From: Candidatus Nezhaarchaeales archaeon
GTDB taxonomy: Archaea > Thermoproteota > Methanomethylicia > Nezhaarchaeales > WYZ-LMO8
Assembly: GCA_038887515.1 (NCBI GenBank)
Contig: JAWAKK010000001.1
Coordinates: 64,001-128,000 of the forward strand
DNA: 64,000 bases
Direction: 5' to 3'
Shown here: piece by piece, positions 1-9,634 of the stretch
How the letters are laid out: the number at the start of each line of letters is the position of its first letter
Position numbering within the stretch: the first letter of the stretch is position 1
Notes under the pieces: model-generated
What the model saw: only the letters and a program-made list of their open reading frames with translations
Databases searched by the model: none
What the model was told of the DNA's origin: nothing
Translations under genes and position numbers: made by a program

Positions 1-1757
1 TACTAACAAGGACCAAGAACCAGAGCGATGTATACTGTAGGGAGCTTCGAGTGTTGAGAGATAAGTGTGGAATACGGATGGTAACTTCGATATTCGTTAA
101 CAAGCAAGACATGTGCCCCATACTTAGGAAGAAGCGGTTGAACATCTCGTACCGTGATTTTTTGGTGCTCTGTAGAACCCTACGAAGAGGGTTAGGAGGG
201 GAAGTTTGCGAGAATTACTACAACACGTTTTTAAATTGGTATCCTACGAAGAAGGCTAGGAAAGTGGTGGACAAACTAGCTGAGCTCGGTGTTTCAAGCG
301 CTGACACCGTATACGAAATGGCGGACAGTGAAGGAGTATGTCCCTACGAGATCACCAAACTGCTATCTTACAAAGCTCATGTAATCATTGGGAATTACAA
401 TTACGCCATCGTAGATCCCATTAGAGAAAGCCTATTAGGTAAAATAGGGCTTGAGGTTGAAGATTTAAACTGCGTCTTTGATGAGGCTCATACCCTCCCA
501 TTGTATGCAAGCGAGCTATTATCTGATGAATTATCATTGACTACTGTCCAAAGAGCTCTTGGAGAAGCTGACGAATTTAATGTTGATGATATAGGTATTC
601 TGCAAGCACTTGAAGACTTTATGAAGAACATGGAAACACTTCTAATAAACGAAAGTGCAATAAACGAGGAGAAATTGATCGAACACAGCAATCTTGTTTT
701 GGTCCTGGTTGAGGTTGCAAAGCTCAAGTCTCCCTCGGCGCTCAAGTCTCTGCTGACTAATTTAGAAGAAGAAAGTGAGAGTATAAGACTCCAAAGATCT
801 CGAGAAGGGAAACCCCCTGTCTCATATATTGGTAGGGTCGCCTCCTTCCTAAAACTCTGGGTTGAGACTGAAGAAAAGAAGTTCGCAAAGTATGCAATGA
901 TTGAAAGTTACGGTCCCAATAAAAGGTTTAAACTGGGAGTAAGGTGTTTAGACCCTTCTGTAGCCTGCAAGATTATCAATAGTTTCAGGTCATGCATATT
1001 AATGTCTGGAACCTTATGGGAACCCGATTACTACGTTGATGTGCTAGGGCTGGATTCGAAGAGGGTTAAGTTTCTAGAGCTACCATCACCATTTCCCGAA
1101 GAGAACATGATGGTTATAGTTGACACGGCTGTAACGACTAAGTACGAAATGAGGAGTAACGTTGAGTGGGATAAAATGGCATCAAGGCTTGTAGACATTA
1201 TAAAGGCGATAAGCGGCAGAGTAGCTATCTTCTTTCCCTCTTACGAGATTATGAACGTCATTGCCAATAGACTAAAGGATAAGATAGATTTACCTATACT
1301 TTGCGAGACTAGAAATACGAAGATTTCTGAAGTTAAAGAATTTGTCGTAAAGAACAGAAAGTGCGTTCTATTAGGAGTAGCTAGGGGAAAGATTAGCGAA
1401 GGAGTAGAGATAGTGTCCGAGGGCAAGTCTATGCTTGACGTAGTCATCCTTGCAGGCCTACCATATCCCAAGAACACAGAGCTTCACCAAGCATTGACCA
1501 AGTACTTTGAGGAGAAGTTTGGAGATCAAGCTTTCAAGTATGCAACCATAATGCCTTGTTCGATAGCCATAGCTCAATCAGCTGGAAGGCTTATAAGGGG
1601 ACCTGAAGATAGAGGGTTATTGATTTTAATGGATTCTAGGGCTGCTAGATCTTTTAAGCGCTACCTGCCGCGCGACTGGGTTAAGAGGATGAAACACCAT
1701 TTAAGTTTAAAAGCTATAATCAAAGATATAGAAAACTTCATGAAAGGAAAACGGTAG
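1..1757 (+). CDS. xpd: XPD/Rad3 (DinG-family) Fe-S ATP-dependent DNA helicase, 5'-truncated by the window edge
   Basis: Frame is open from position 3 (LTRTKNQ, motif Ia-like). Fe-S Cys pattern MCP...C...C...CPY, GNYNY, DEAH box, SGTL, FFPSY, GKISEG, GLPYP, QSAGRLIR. Confidence 0.9.
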   Translation, partial: LTRTKNQSDVYCRELRVLRDKCGIRMVTSIFVNKQDMCPILRKKRLNISYRDFLVLCRTLRRGLGGEVCENYYNTFLNWYPTKKARKVVDKLAELGVSSADTVYEMADSEGVCPYEITKLLSYKAHVIIGNYNYAIVDPIRESLLGKIGLEVEDLNCVFDEAHTLPLYASELLSDELSLTTVQRALGEADEFNVDDIGILQALEDFMKNMETLLINESAINEEKLIEHSNLVLVLVEVAKLKSPSALKSLLTNLEEESESIRLQRSREGKPPVSYIGRVASFLKLWVETEEKKFAKYAMIESYGPNKRFKLGVRCLDPSVACKIINSFRSCILMSGTLWEPDYYVDVLGLDSKRVKFLELPSPFPEENMMVIVDTAVTTKYEMRSNVEWDKMASRLVDIIKAISGRVAIFFPSYEIMNVIANRLKDKIDLPILCETRNTKISEVKEFVVKNRKCVLLGVARGKISEGVEIVSEGKSMLDVVILAGLPYPKNTELHQALTKYFEEKFGDQAFKYATIMPCSIAIAQSAGRLIRGPEDRGLLILMDSRAARSFKRYLPRDWVKRMKHHLSLKAIIKDIENFMKGKR

Positions 1758-1794
1758 AAAAACACTTCGTACACTTTATGTATGGTCGAGGGAT

Positions 1795-2844
1795 ATGCTC
1801 AGAGACCGAGACGCTCCTGTGACGAAGGAAGGCATAATAATGAGGGTCTACGGCTATGATCATCCCTCTGACAGATATATATGTGATGTTGAGTATGCCC
1901 CTGAAACGATATATAAAAGCGATATACCTAAAGCCTTGAGGGATGGAGGCGGTAGCAGGTATTACAAGTTCTATGAAGATGAAGGATTGAAGTTCGTATT
2001 ATCAAAGTATCCTCAATATTCATTCTACGTTCCATACCTTAAGAGTAGCGTTGTAGCTGTCAGCGAAAAACAATTACTAGAGGTGCGCAAACCCCAAGAT
2101 GGCTTAGCTATGTTACTAGATAAAGGGGATTTGATGTCACGTGCCTCTCGTGAAATTTTGGAGTCAATATTGGAGACCTCAAAATTAAAGGTTAACGACT
2201 TCGGAGTCTTCGGTTCTCTTCTTCATAACTTTTACAGGATTGAAATGAGTGACCTTGACTTCACAATTTACGGTAGTAAGGAACTTACAGAGCTGAGAGA
2301 TGCTTTGACTGAGCTTTATAAAGCTGGCACCTTAACAAATGAGTTTGACGCAGTGGATGAATCTCGTTTCGCGAGATGGCGTTTCAGGAAGTATAGTACA
2401 AGAGAATACGTTTGGCACCAACGTAGAAAGGTCGTTTATGGGATTTTAGACTCCAAGAGCTTAAGACGAAAAATAAAGTTCGAATTCGAACCCGTGTTAA
2501 AGTGGGACGAAGTAGTAAATGAATACGAAAACATAGTCGACGTTGAAGTTCTAGGCTTTGTAGAAGCCGTCGTGAGAGTTTTGGATGACCGCCATTCTCC
2601 ATTCATACCATCAAAGTACTACATAGAAGTCATCGAGGTTAAATCATCGCTACCAATAAAGGTTGAACCAGCTAGGATAGTATCTTACGTCGAGGAATTT
2701 AGAATGCAACTCTTTAAGGACGAAATCGGATTTGTTGCTGGCTGGCTTGAACAAGTCCATACAAGGAACTCTACGTTTCAACAAATCGTACTAACTAGGA
2801 AAGAAGGATACTACGATCAAGTCTTGAAATGTTTAAAGACTTAA
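1795..2844 (+). CDS. Predicted nucleotidyltransferase (Pol-beta superfamily, archaeal COG1665-like)
   Basis: GVFGS-x10-SDLDF nucleotidyltransferase motif; 349 aa with an OB-like C-terminus. Confidence 0.7.
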   Translation: MLRDRDAPVTKEGIIMRVYGYDHPSDRYICDVEYAPETIYKSDIPKALRDGGGSRYYKFYEDEGLKFVLSKYPQYSFYVPYLKSSVVAVSEKQLLEVRKPQDGLAMLLDKGDLMSRASREILESILETSKLKVNDFGVFGSLLHNFYRIEMSDLDFTIYGSKELTELRDALTELYKAGTLTNEFDAVDESRFARWRFRKYSTREYVWHQRRKVVYGILDSKSLRRKIKFEFEPVLKWDEVVNEYENIVDVEVLGFVEAVVRVLDDRHSPFIPSKYYIEVIEVKSSLPIKVEPARIVSYVEEFRMQLFKDEIGFVAGWLEQVHTRNSTFQQIVLTRKEGYYDQVLKCLKT

Positions 2845-3122
2845 CGGGCTTGGATCAAAGGCTTCCTGACCGTTGCCGTCGTATTATCGGCGATGCCCAA
2901 CTTCTTCATCTGTTCCGAGTTGAGCCAGACTTCGTTGACTGGCACGCCGTCACTGATGACCGCGTTAAATTCGTATCTTTTCTTTCCAGCCAAGACTACC
3001 TCGAGCTTATCGGTTATACCCAGAAATTCGGCGGTCTTGGAATTTATTCTAGCACTCCCTTCTTCAACTTCATCCTTCTTCCTAAGCTTTAATCTCTTCT
3101 CAGTCACTTTGCTCATGGACAT
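2841..3122 (-). CDS. Small stand-alone double-psi beta-barrel-like protein (CDC48/VAT-N-like)
   Basis: Two internally similar halves (ARINSKTAEFLGI / VWLNSEQMKKLGI); directly downstream of glyS. Confidence 0.6.
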   Translation of the reverse strand: MSMSKVTEKRLKLRKKDEVEEGSARINSKTAEFLGITDKLEVVLAGKKRYEFNAVISDGVPVNEVWLNSEQMKKLGIADNTTATVRKPLIQAR

Positions 3123-3152
3123 CGCCTACAACATAGTTTACTATACGTAAAA

Positions 3153-4901
3153 TTAAGTCTTTTCGATATATTCAACTAGCTCTTTTATGGGACCCTTTGC
3201 TTCCCTTCTTCTAACATACGCTTCAACTATGTCTGGTAGCTCTCTTATCTGGCACCTTACTTGTTTCCACGTATCCCTGTCTCGTATGGTTACGGTGTCG
3301 TCCTTTAGTGTCTGGTAATCTATGGTGACTGCAATTGGAATACCTACTTCATCTGCTCTCGCATATCTCCTCCCTATCGACCCTGAATCATCGTAATCAA
3401 CTATGAGACCTCGGAGCTTTAATATATTGTAGACCTCTCTAGCCTTTTCCGGAAGACCGTCCCGATTCACCAATGGTAAGACTATAACCTCTATTGGAGC
3501 TATGTCTGGAGGGAACGATAACACTACTCTGCCATCTTTCTCCCTATATGCGTACTCCATTGCTGCATAAACGAGTCTCTCAGCTCCAAAGGAGGGCTCA
3601 GCAACGAACGGGATAAACTTTCTACCCTTAACCCTCTTCTTTTCTTTTTTAAACTCAATGTGCTTCGGGTAAATCCTAAATTTACCCATCTCAAAGAACC
3701 CTTTGGTTTTTATTTCTTCTAGAACCCTTTCTCCGGGCATCATTCTCAATGCATTTATTACCGTGTTCGTCTCTTGACCGTAATCCTCCCTTATCGTATC
3801 TAATATAGGCCTTAATTCAACCTCTTCAACTTCAACCTCGGAGGACATTTGTTTATATACCCTTAAATCTTCTCCGCTCAAGGCCATATGACCTCTCAGG
3901 TCGTAATCCGTCCTAAATGCGTGACCTGAAACTTCGACCCAGCCCCACTTCTCAAGCTTTACGACTTGATCGTAAACTTGAGAAGCGTAGTGAGCCCTTT
4001 CATGAGGTAGCTTAGCTATGAACATTTGCTTATCCTTTGCGATTCCTAATTCTTGAATGAAGTTTTGAGCTAGAACCATGAAGTAAGCAAGCCACTCGTT
4101 CGCTATGAATCCTTGCTTAAGAGCCTCCTCGACTGTTACTTCTATTGGGGTTATATCTTTCTTCGAAACTCTCTCCTCAGGGACGAGCCTTAAGAGCTCG
4201 CTTCTATTAAGCAACGGACAATAGGGATCTTGGGGGTCGTAGAAGAACTCGAGCTCCATTATTGTAAATTCTCTTAGCCTTATAGGCCCCTGTCTAGGGG
4301 ATATTTCGTTTCTCATTACCTTGCCTATCTGAGCTATCCCTAACGGCAATCTATTTCTCATAGACTCATAGACTCTGCTAAAAGTTGTAAACATTCCTTG
4401 AGCAGCCTCAGGCCTTGCAAAACCTACGTTTTCACTATATGGACCTATAGTAGTCTGAAATAGCAAGTTGAATTTCTTAACCGTACCAAGGCGACCTCCA
4501 CACTCAGGGCATTTGACATTCCTTTCGGCTATTATGGATGTTAGTTGTTCTTCGCTTAACCCTTCAAGTCCTGAAAGTCCTGTTTCTTCCTCTATTACAT
4601 GATCTGCCCTAAACTTTCTTCCACACTCTAGGCATTCAACCATGTAGTCTGTGAAGTGATTTACGTGACCTGAAGCCTCAAAGACCTTATACGGTGTTAT
4701 TATCGGTGTCTCTATTTCAACGACGATCTCTTGATTCTTTAAGACGAACCAGTAGCGCCACTTCTCTTCGATTTTTCTTTTAAGTAGTTTACCTAGGGGG
4801 CCAAAGTCCAAAAAGCCGCTTACGCCTCCATATATCTCTGCCGAGGTCCAGAAGAATCCTCTCCTTCTAGCCAGTTCCATTACCTTGTCGGCAACACTCA
4901 T
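3153..4901 (-). CDS. glyS: Glycine--tRNA ligase (alpha2 type)
   Basis: RRGFF...EIYGG, RPEAAQG, RNEISPRQG..RLREF, EPSFGAER, SIGRRYARADEVG. Confidence 0.97.
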   Translation of the reverse strand: MSVADKVMELARRRGFFWTSAEIYGGVSGFLDFGPLGKLLKRKIEEKWRYWFVLKNQEIVVEIETPIITPYKVFEASGHVNHFTDYMVECLECGRKFRADHVIEEETGLSGLEGLSEEQLTSIIAERNVKCPECGGRLGTVKKFNLLFQTTIGPYSENVGFARPEAAQGMFTTFSRVYESMRNRLPLGIAQIGKVMRNEISPRQGPIRLREFTIMELEFFYDPQDPYCPLLNRSELLRLVPEERVSKKDITPIEVTVEEALKQGFIANEWLAYFMVLAQNFIQELGIAKDKQMFIAKLPHERAHYASQVYDQVVKLEKWGWVEVSGHAFRTDYDLRGHMALSGEDLRVYKQMSSEVEVEEVELRPILDTIREDYGQETNTVINALRMMPGERVLEEIKTKGFFEMGKFRIYPKHIEFKKEKKRVKGRKFIPFVAEPSFGAERLVYAAMEYAYREKDGRVVLSFPPDIAPIEVIVLPLVNRDGLPEKAREVYNILKLRGLIVDYDDSGSIGRRYARADEVGIPIAVTIDYQTLKDDTVTIRDRDTWKQVRCQIRELPDIVEAYVRRREAKGPIKELVEYIEKT

Positions 4902-4977
4902 TTAGCAACACTCTCTCCGAGAGTCCTAAAACGTAAAGCTTTTAGCTGTAACGATAATATAAAAACTCTCTCAATCC

Positions 4978-5958
4978 TTACGGAATGGCAATAGCATTTA
5001 TTCTCAGTCTCTTCTTAATCTCGTGAGCGAACTCGATGCCATAACCATCTCTACTGTTATCTACTATCACTACTTCTGGCCTACTATCTTCGACATAGGC
5101 TAGTAGGTGGTAAAAGTCGCTATGGCTACTAAGCGAGACTCTATACATATTACGGGCAACTTTTCTGTGAGTAACCTTAAATTCCCATCCAGTTAGATGT
5201 ATTTTTAACCCCTTGACTTTCTCCTCAAGCCTTGAGGCATGCTTAAAGAATATATACCCGCTTTCTCTCTTAGAGATTTCAACACCCTCCATTGAGGATG
5301 CGTTCACCAAATCTCGAACCTTAAGATCATGTTTAATACATGCCATAGTTAGTTCGTACATCTTTCCTTCGGCTAGAAATGGTGCACGAATTCCGTTCTT
5401 CTGTAATACTTCCATTACTTCTTGGATTTTTCCATAAAATCCATATACGTGAATTGGTTGCTTTTCAACTTCGTTACTAACTAGTTTCATCAAAGCATCG
5501 TAGACTTCATCTATTGGCGGTCTGATACACCTTGGGTGTCCGTAGGTTGCCTCTATTATTAATATGTCAGCTTCGATCACTGGTGCCCCTGGAAGCCTAA
5601 AGTCACCTGTGTACAAGACTCTGTATCCTTGCTCGTCTTCGACTAAGACTTGGGCTGAGCCAGGTATGTGATGCGCCGGGTATAACATCATTACGTTGCC
5701 ACCGACTATAACCGGTTCTCCGAACCTTAGCGGCATGATTTTACTAGCTTCACTCCCATACAACACGCTTAACATATCTCTAGTTGTTGGAGTAGCGTAA
5801 ACAACCTTACATTTTTTTAAGCTGTTTTTTAGGCCGAAGGTGTGGTCGTAGTGGGCATGAGTTACAATTCTGACGTCTTTCCCGTCTTCATGTGCATCGC
5901 AGACTACGTGGTCACCTATCACTATAGCCTTATTCCTAGTCACCAGCGCGCTAAGCAA
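4978..5958 (-). CDS. MBL-fold (beta-CASP-like) metallo-hydrolase/nuclease
   Basis: THAHYDH, HHIPGSAQ, YTGDF, IEATYG, LSSHSD motifs; TTG start. Confidence 0.8.
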   Translation of the reverse strand: MLSALVTRNKAIVIGDHVVCDAHEDGKDVRIVTHAHYDHTFGLKNSLKKCKVVYATPTTRDMLSVLYGSEASKIMPLRFGEPVIVGGNVMMLYPAHHIPGSAQVLVEDEQGYRVLYTGDFRLPGAPVIEADILIIEATYGHPRCIRPPIDEVYDALMKLVSNEVEKQPIHVYGFYGKIQEVMEVLQKNGIRAPFLAEGKMYELTMACIKHDLKVRDLVNASSMEGVEISKRESGYIFFKHASRLEEKVKGLKIHLTGWEFKVTHRKVARNMYRVSLSSHSDFYHLLAYVEDSRPEVVIVDNSRDGYGIEFAHEIKKRLRINAIAIP

Positions 5959-6014
5959 TTAACGCACCGAGCTATCCCTCTAGTTATACCCTCACTTTAA
6001 AAGATTGTAGTCTC

Positions 6015-6410
6015 TTACTTTATTACAGGTCTAAACTTGTAGGTATAACAAATCATGCCCCCCTCAAGCTGTTCCGGTAACCTTCTTATAGTCAGTTCAA
6101 CTTCCATGCCCTCTTTGACGTCATTTACATCGACGTCAGTTATCTGAGCCACAATCCTTGTCCCGTCTTCTAACTCTACGATACCCACAACGTAGGGGAT
6201 GGAGGCTTCATAACCTTTAGGCGCAGAATACACGACTGTATACTCTATCAGCTTACCCTTGTCAGGTAACTTGTATTCCTCCATTTTTACGGAGTTGCAA
6301 TAAGGACATACAAAGCGTGGTGGGAAGAATACTTTTTTGCATATTGGACACTTATTACCTATGAGCCTATACCTTTGAAGCCTAGTCCTCCAATACGCCG
6401 AGGTCGACAT
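6015..6410 (-). CDS. DUF35 Zn-ribbon/OB-fold protein (scaffold of the thiolase-HMG-CoA synthase complex)
   Basis: CPIC..FFPPRFVCPYC plus OB fold. Likely ATG start at 6410 overlaps the thiolase stop (TGATG). Confidence 0.9.
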   Translation of the reverse strand: MSTSAYWRTRLQRYRLIGNKCPICKKVFFPPRFVCPYCNSVKMEEYKLPDKGKLIEYTVVYSAPKGYEASIPYVVGIVELEDGTRIVAQITDVDVNDVKEGMEVELTIRRLPEQLEGGMICYTYKFRPVIK

Positions 6411-7573
6411 CAGCAACACGCCTCGAAAATGTTTATAACAGCTATAGAATTGAAGGCGCAACTAGAATGCGTTAGACCTACTCTTGCACCTTTCACCTGA
6501 TTTGTACCAGCATTACCTGTTAGTTGTAGAAAAGTCTCAACGGCTTGATATACACCGACAGCGCCGAGAGGGGCTCCTCGAGCCTTAAGCCCGCCGAAGG
6601 TGTTTACGGGGATAGAGCCTTTTAGCCCTACTTCACCTTCCCTCAAAATCTTTGCTCCCTCACCTGGGCCGCACAACCCTAGTTTCTCAAGAGCGATAAC
6701 TCCCATCACGGAATAGTCATCATAAAGCTCCACGAAGCTTAGATCTGATGGTCTTATACCGGCATTAGTGTATGCTCTTTGCGAGGCTTCTGTCAGGGCT
6801 TTCATCGTCAGCAGATCTTCTCTCTCCATCAGATTAAGGTTGTCTCGAGCTATCTCAGACGCAATAATCCTCACGTGAGGTAAGCCTAATTCCTTAGCTT
6901 TTTCATGCGAGCACATAAGTATTGCAGCGGCACCATCACAAGGAGATATCGCTTCAAGGACCTTTATAGGCTCCGCTAGTGTTGGAGATTTCATTACTGC
7001 TTCGAGAGGTAACCTAAATGGATACTGGGCGTGGCCACAGGTAGAGGCATGTTCATGATCTATAACAGACATCAAGGCTACGTCTTCCTGCTTTACGTTG
7101 AATCGCCTCAAGTACGTCTTGTATATTAACGCTGCAAGGCTATGAATTGTTATACCAGTATATTTTAGGTGTTCTAGATCTTCAACAGACGTCATTGCGG
7201 AGACGACTTCTTGAGGGGAGGCGTCGCTCATTTTTTCAACGCCGCAAACAAGCACTAAATCCCTTATACCGTGGGCTATATCTTTAAACGCTTCGTGGAT
7301 AGCTAGTGCCCCTGACGCTCCTCCAGCATCTATGGAGATTGTGAATTTATCGTATAAACCTAAACTGTCAGCCATTACGTTAGCAATATTCGTTTGCTCT
7401 TGGAGATAACCAGCAAATACATTTGCCACGTATACTCCGTCGAGAGACCCTACGCTGAGGCCCACATTTTCGAGCGCTTTAAGCGCGACTTCTACGAACA
7501 AACCTTTAAGGGACTTTTCCCAATGTTCTGACACTTTTGTGTAACCCACAGATATTACTGCGACTTCTTTCAT
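6410..7573 (-). CDS. Acetoacetyl-CoA thiolase-family protein (SCP2/archaeal type), catalytic residues substituted
   Basis: GVEKM, DGAAA, NTFGGLKARG motifs; lies between HMG-CoA synthase and DUF35. Catalytic Cys and both His positions are altered (see findings). Confidence 0.85.
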   Translation of the reverse strand: MKEVAVISVGYTKVSEHWEKSLKGLFVEVALKALENVGLSVGSLDGVYVANVFAGYLQEQTNIANVMADSLGLYDKFTISIDAGGASGALAIHEAFKDIAHGIRDLVLVCGVEKMSDASPQEVVSAMTSVEDLEHLKYTGITIHSLAALIYKTYLRRFNVKQEDVALMSVIDHEHASTCGHAQYPFRLPLEAVMKSPTLAEPIKVLEAISPCDGAAAILMCSHEKAKELGLPHVRIIASEIARDNLNLMEREDLLTMKALTEASQRAYTNAGIRPSDLSFVELYDDYSVMGVIALEKLGLCGPGEGAKILREGEVGLKGSIPVNTFGGLKARGAPLGAVGVYQAVETFLQLTGNAGTNQVKGARVGLTHSSCAFNSIAVINIFEACC

Positions 7574-7584
7574 GGCTCAGCACT

Positions 7585-8631
7585 TCAAACTAGTATTTTG
7601 TTCCTGAACTTAGCGTAAAGAGAGTAGTCTACCTCTTTCTTTCTAGATAAAAATGCTGATACCCTGGGCGCTCTCTCTCTTTTCTCCTCTATAGCGTCCT
7701 GAACCACAAAGCTGAAGGCATCGCTTCCAGCTCCAGAACCATAAGAAACTAACAATATCCTGTCACCAGGTTTGGCTATGTCAAGGATCGCTGCTAGCCC
7801 TATCATTGAAGATCCAGAGTACGTGTTTCCTATCATTGAGCACACTATGCTCGGCTTCACTTTCTCCTCAGGTATGCCGAGGTGCTGTGCAACCTTTAAT
7901 GGAAACTTAGGATTAGGCTGATGGAAGACTGCGTAGCTAAAATCATTAGGTCTTAACCCGAGATCAGCCATTAAACCTTTAGCAGCCATAGTTGTATGTC
8001 TAAAGTAAGCTGGTTCGGCGGTAAACCGGCTCATGTGGTGGGGATATAGCTCTCCATCCCTTCTCCAAAAGTCTGGCGTGTCGGTTACGAAAGAGTAGCT
8101 ACCCTCGACATACGCTATGGTCTCGTGACTTCTTTTAGCAAATATAAATGCCCCACCACCTGAGCCGGCCGTATACTCTAGGGCATCGGCTGGCCGGCTT
8201 TGGGCCGTGTCAACGCCTATGGACATGGCGTAGGCGACCATACCTGAAGCAACCAAACCTATCGAAGCTTGAAAGGCCTCCGTCCCTGCTTTGCAGGCGA
8301 ATTCGTAGTCTGCAGCCAAGACGTTAGGTGTTGCCCCAATGACTTCTGCAACTATAGTACTACAAGGCTTAACGGCGTAAGGCTTAGACTCAGTCCCTAC
8401 GTAAACAGCCCCTATATCCTCTGGTTTAATGTTAGCTCTTCTAATAGCGTACCTAGCTGCTTCAATTGCTATGGTAACGGCATCTTCATCAGGCCCTGCG
8501 ACGGCCTTCTCCTCTACTGGCAGATGGTCGTAGAATTTACCCCAAACACGGGCTATCTCAGAAGCCTTAATCCTATACAACGGGATGTAAACACCATAAC
8601 CTATTATTCCTACATCATCGTTAGGTCTCAA
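7585..8631 (-). CDS. Hydroxymethylglutaryl-CoA synthase (archaeal type)
   Basis: [21 protein letters not shown] (catalytic Cys), [30 protein letters not shown]. Confidence 0.95.
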   Translation of the reverse strand: MRPNDDVGIIGYGVYIPLYRIKASEIARVWGKFYDHLPVEEKAVAGPDEDAVTIAIEAARYAIRRANIKPEDIGAVYVGTESKPYAVKPCSTIVAEVIGATPNVLAADYEFACKAGTEAFQASIGLVASGMVAYAMSIGVDTAQSRPADALEYTAGSGGGAFIFAKRSHETIAYVEGSYSFVTDTPDFWRRDGELYPHHMSRFTAEPAYFRHTTMAAKGLMADLGLRPNDFSYAVFHQPNPKFPLKVAQHLGIPEEKVKPSIVCSMIGNTYSGSSMIGLAAILDIAKPGDRILLVSYGSGAGSDAFSFVVQDAIEEKRERAPRVSAFLSRKKEVDYSLYAKFRNKILV

Positions 8632-8684
8632 TGCTTAGCCCCCTTAAAAGAAGGGGTTTGAAAGCATTTATTTACGGACTAAAG

Positions 8685-8698
8685 ATATATACTTTTCG
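8685..8698 (-). promoter_or_regulatory. Putative BRE-TATA promoter of the HMGS-thiolase-DUF35 operon
   Basis: Minus strand reads CGAAAAG-TATATAT, about 55 nt upstream of the HMGS start. Confidence 0.5.
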
Positions 8699-8857
8699 TT
8701 ATGTGTCTAAAATTTTTACATTAAACGTCGAAAAGACCTCTTGAATCACTTAAAATGGAGTAATATGGAACAATCCTTCTGTTTTTATAATTTTTCTTTC
8801 GTCTTTAAAAAGATAACTTTAAAGAAACCTTTCTATTTATAAACTCCACTGCTAAAA

Positions 8858-9634
8858 GTGATCTTAATGAACATCTCTAAAAAAATAATATTTTTGATGA
8901 CTCTTCCGATGATCTTTGTCTTAGTAGCCTTCATAATGTCGTCATTTATAACTCAACCCGAGAGACCTGAGACGAACGTGACGCCTCCATTTTATGTCGG
9001 TGAACGCATGACGTACGAGGTAAGACTCGTCAACTCCTCAGGTGCTTATGTACTGTACAAATTGAACTTGAGTGTTACTGAAATCTCTACGATAAATGGT
9101 AGAGCATGTTTTGTTCTAAGGGGGGAGTACTTAGGCTACGATTTCGTCATTTACAGTTTCGTCACAAAGGATAATCTCACCCTTCTGAAAACCCTCATGG
9201 AGTCTCCTGTCGGCTCTGCCACAATAACTTACGACTATGAAAAGAGAAAGTGTGAAATATTTGTTTTGACAAATAAAGACCCCTCACCGCAAAGGGCTGA
9301 AGCCGACATAAAGCCATACCTCCAAGATCCCCTCAGCACAGTTTACTACATTAGAAGCTTGCCATTAAGCGAAGGTTACTGGTGTACCTTTAACCAGATA
9401 GACGTAATGAGCGGATTAACGTCAGTTATCAAGGTTTCAGTGAGAGGTCTCTCAAACATCAGTACTGCTGTAGGAGCCTTTGACTGTTATGAAATTTCTC
9501 TTGAAGCTAGAGGTTCGAAGACTATCGTTTACATAACCACAACTGGCTTTAAAGTTCCAGTAAAGGTCGAAGTACCGTACGGAAGAGATACGTTCCAAGT
9601 GTGGGAGCTCATAGAATACTCTTCAACCTCATGA
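8858..9634 (+). CDS. Membrane-anchored/exported DUF3108-like beta-rich protein
   Basis: N-terminal hydrophobic helix; GE.MTYEV, QDPLSTVYYIR, TAVGAFDCY motifs typical of DUF3108. Confidence 0.6.
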   Translation: MILMNISKKIIFLMTLPMIFVLVAFIMSSFITQPERPETNVTPPFYVGERMTYEVRLVNSSGAYVLYKLNLSVTEISTINGRACFVLRGEYLGYDFVIYSFVTKDNLTLLKTLMESPVGSATITYDYEKRKCEIFVLTNKDPSPQRAEADIKPYLQDPLSTVYYIRSLPLSEGYWCTFNQIDVMSGLTSVIKVSVRGLSNISTAVGAFDCYEISLEARGSKTIVYITTTGFKVPVKVEVPYGRDTFQVWELIEYSSTS

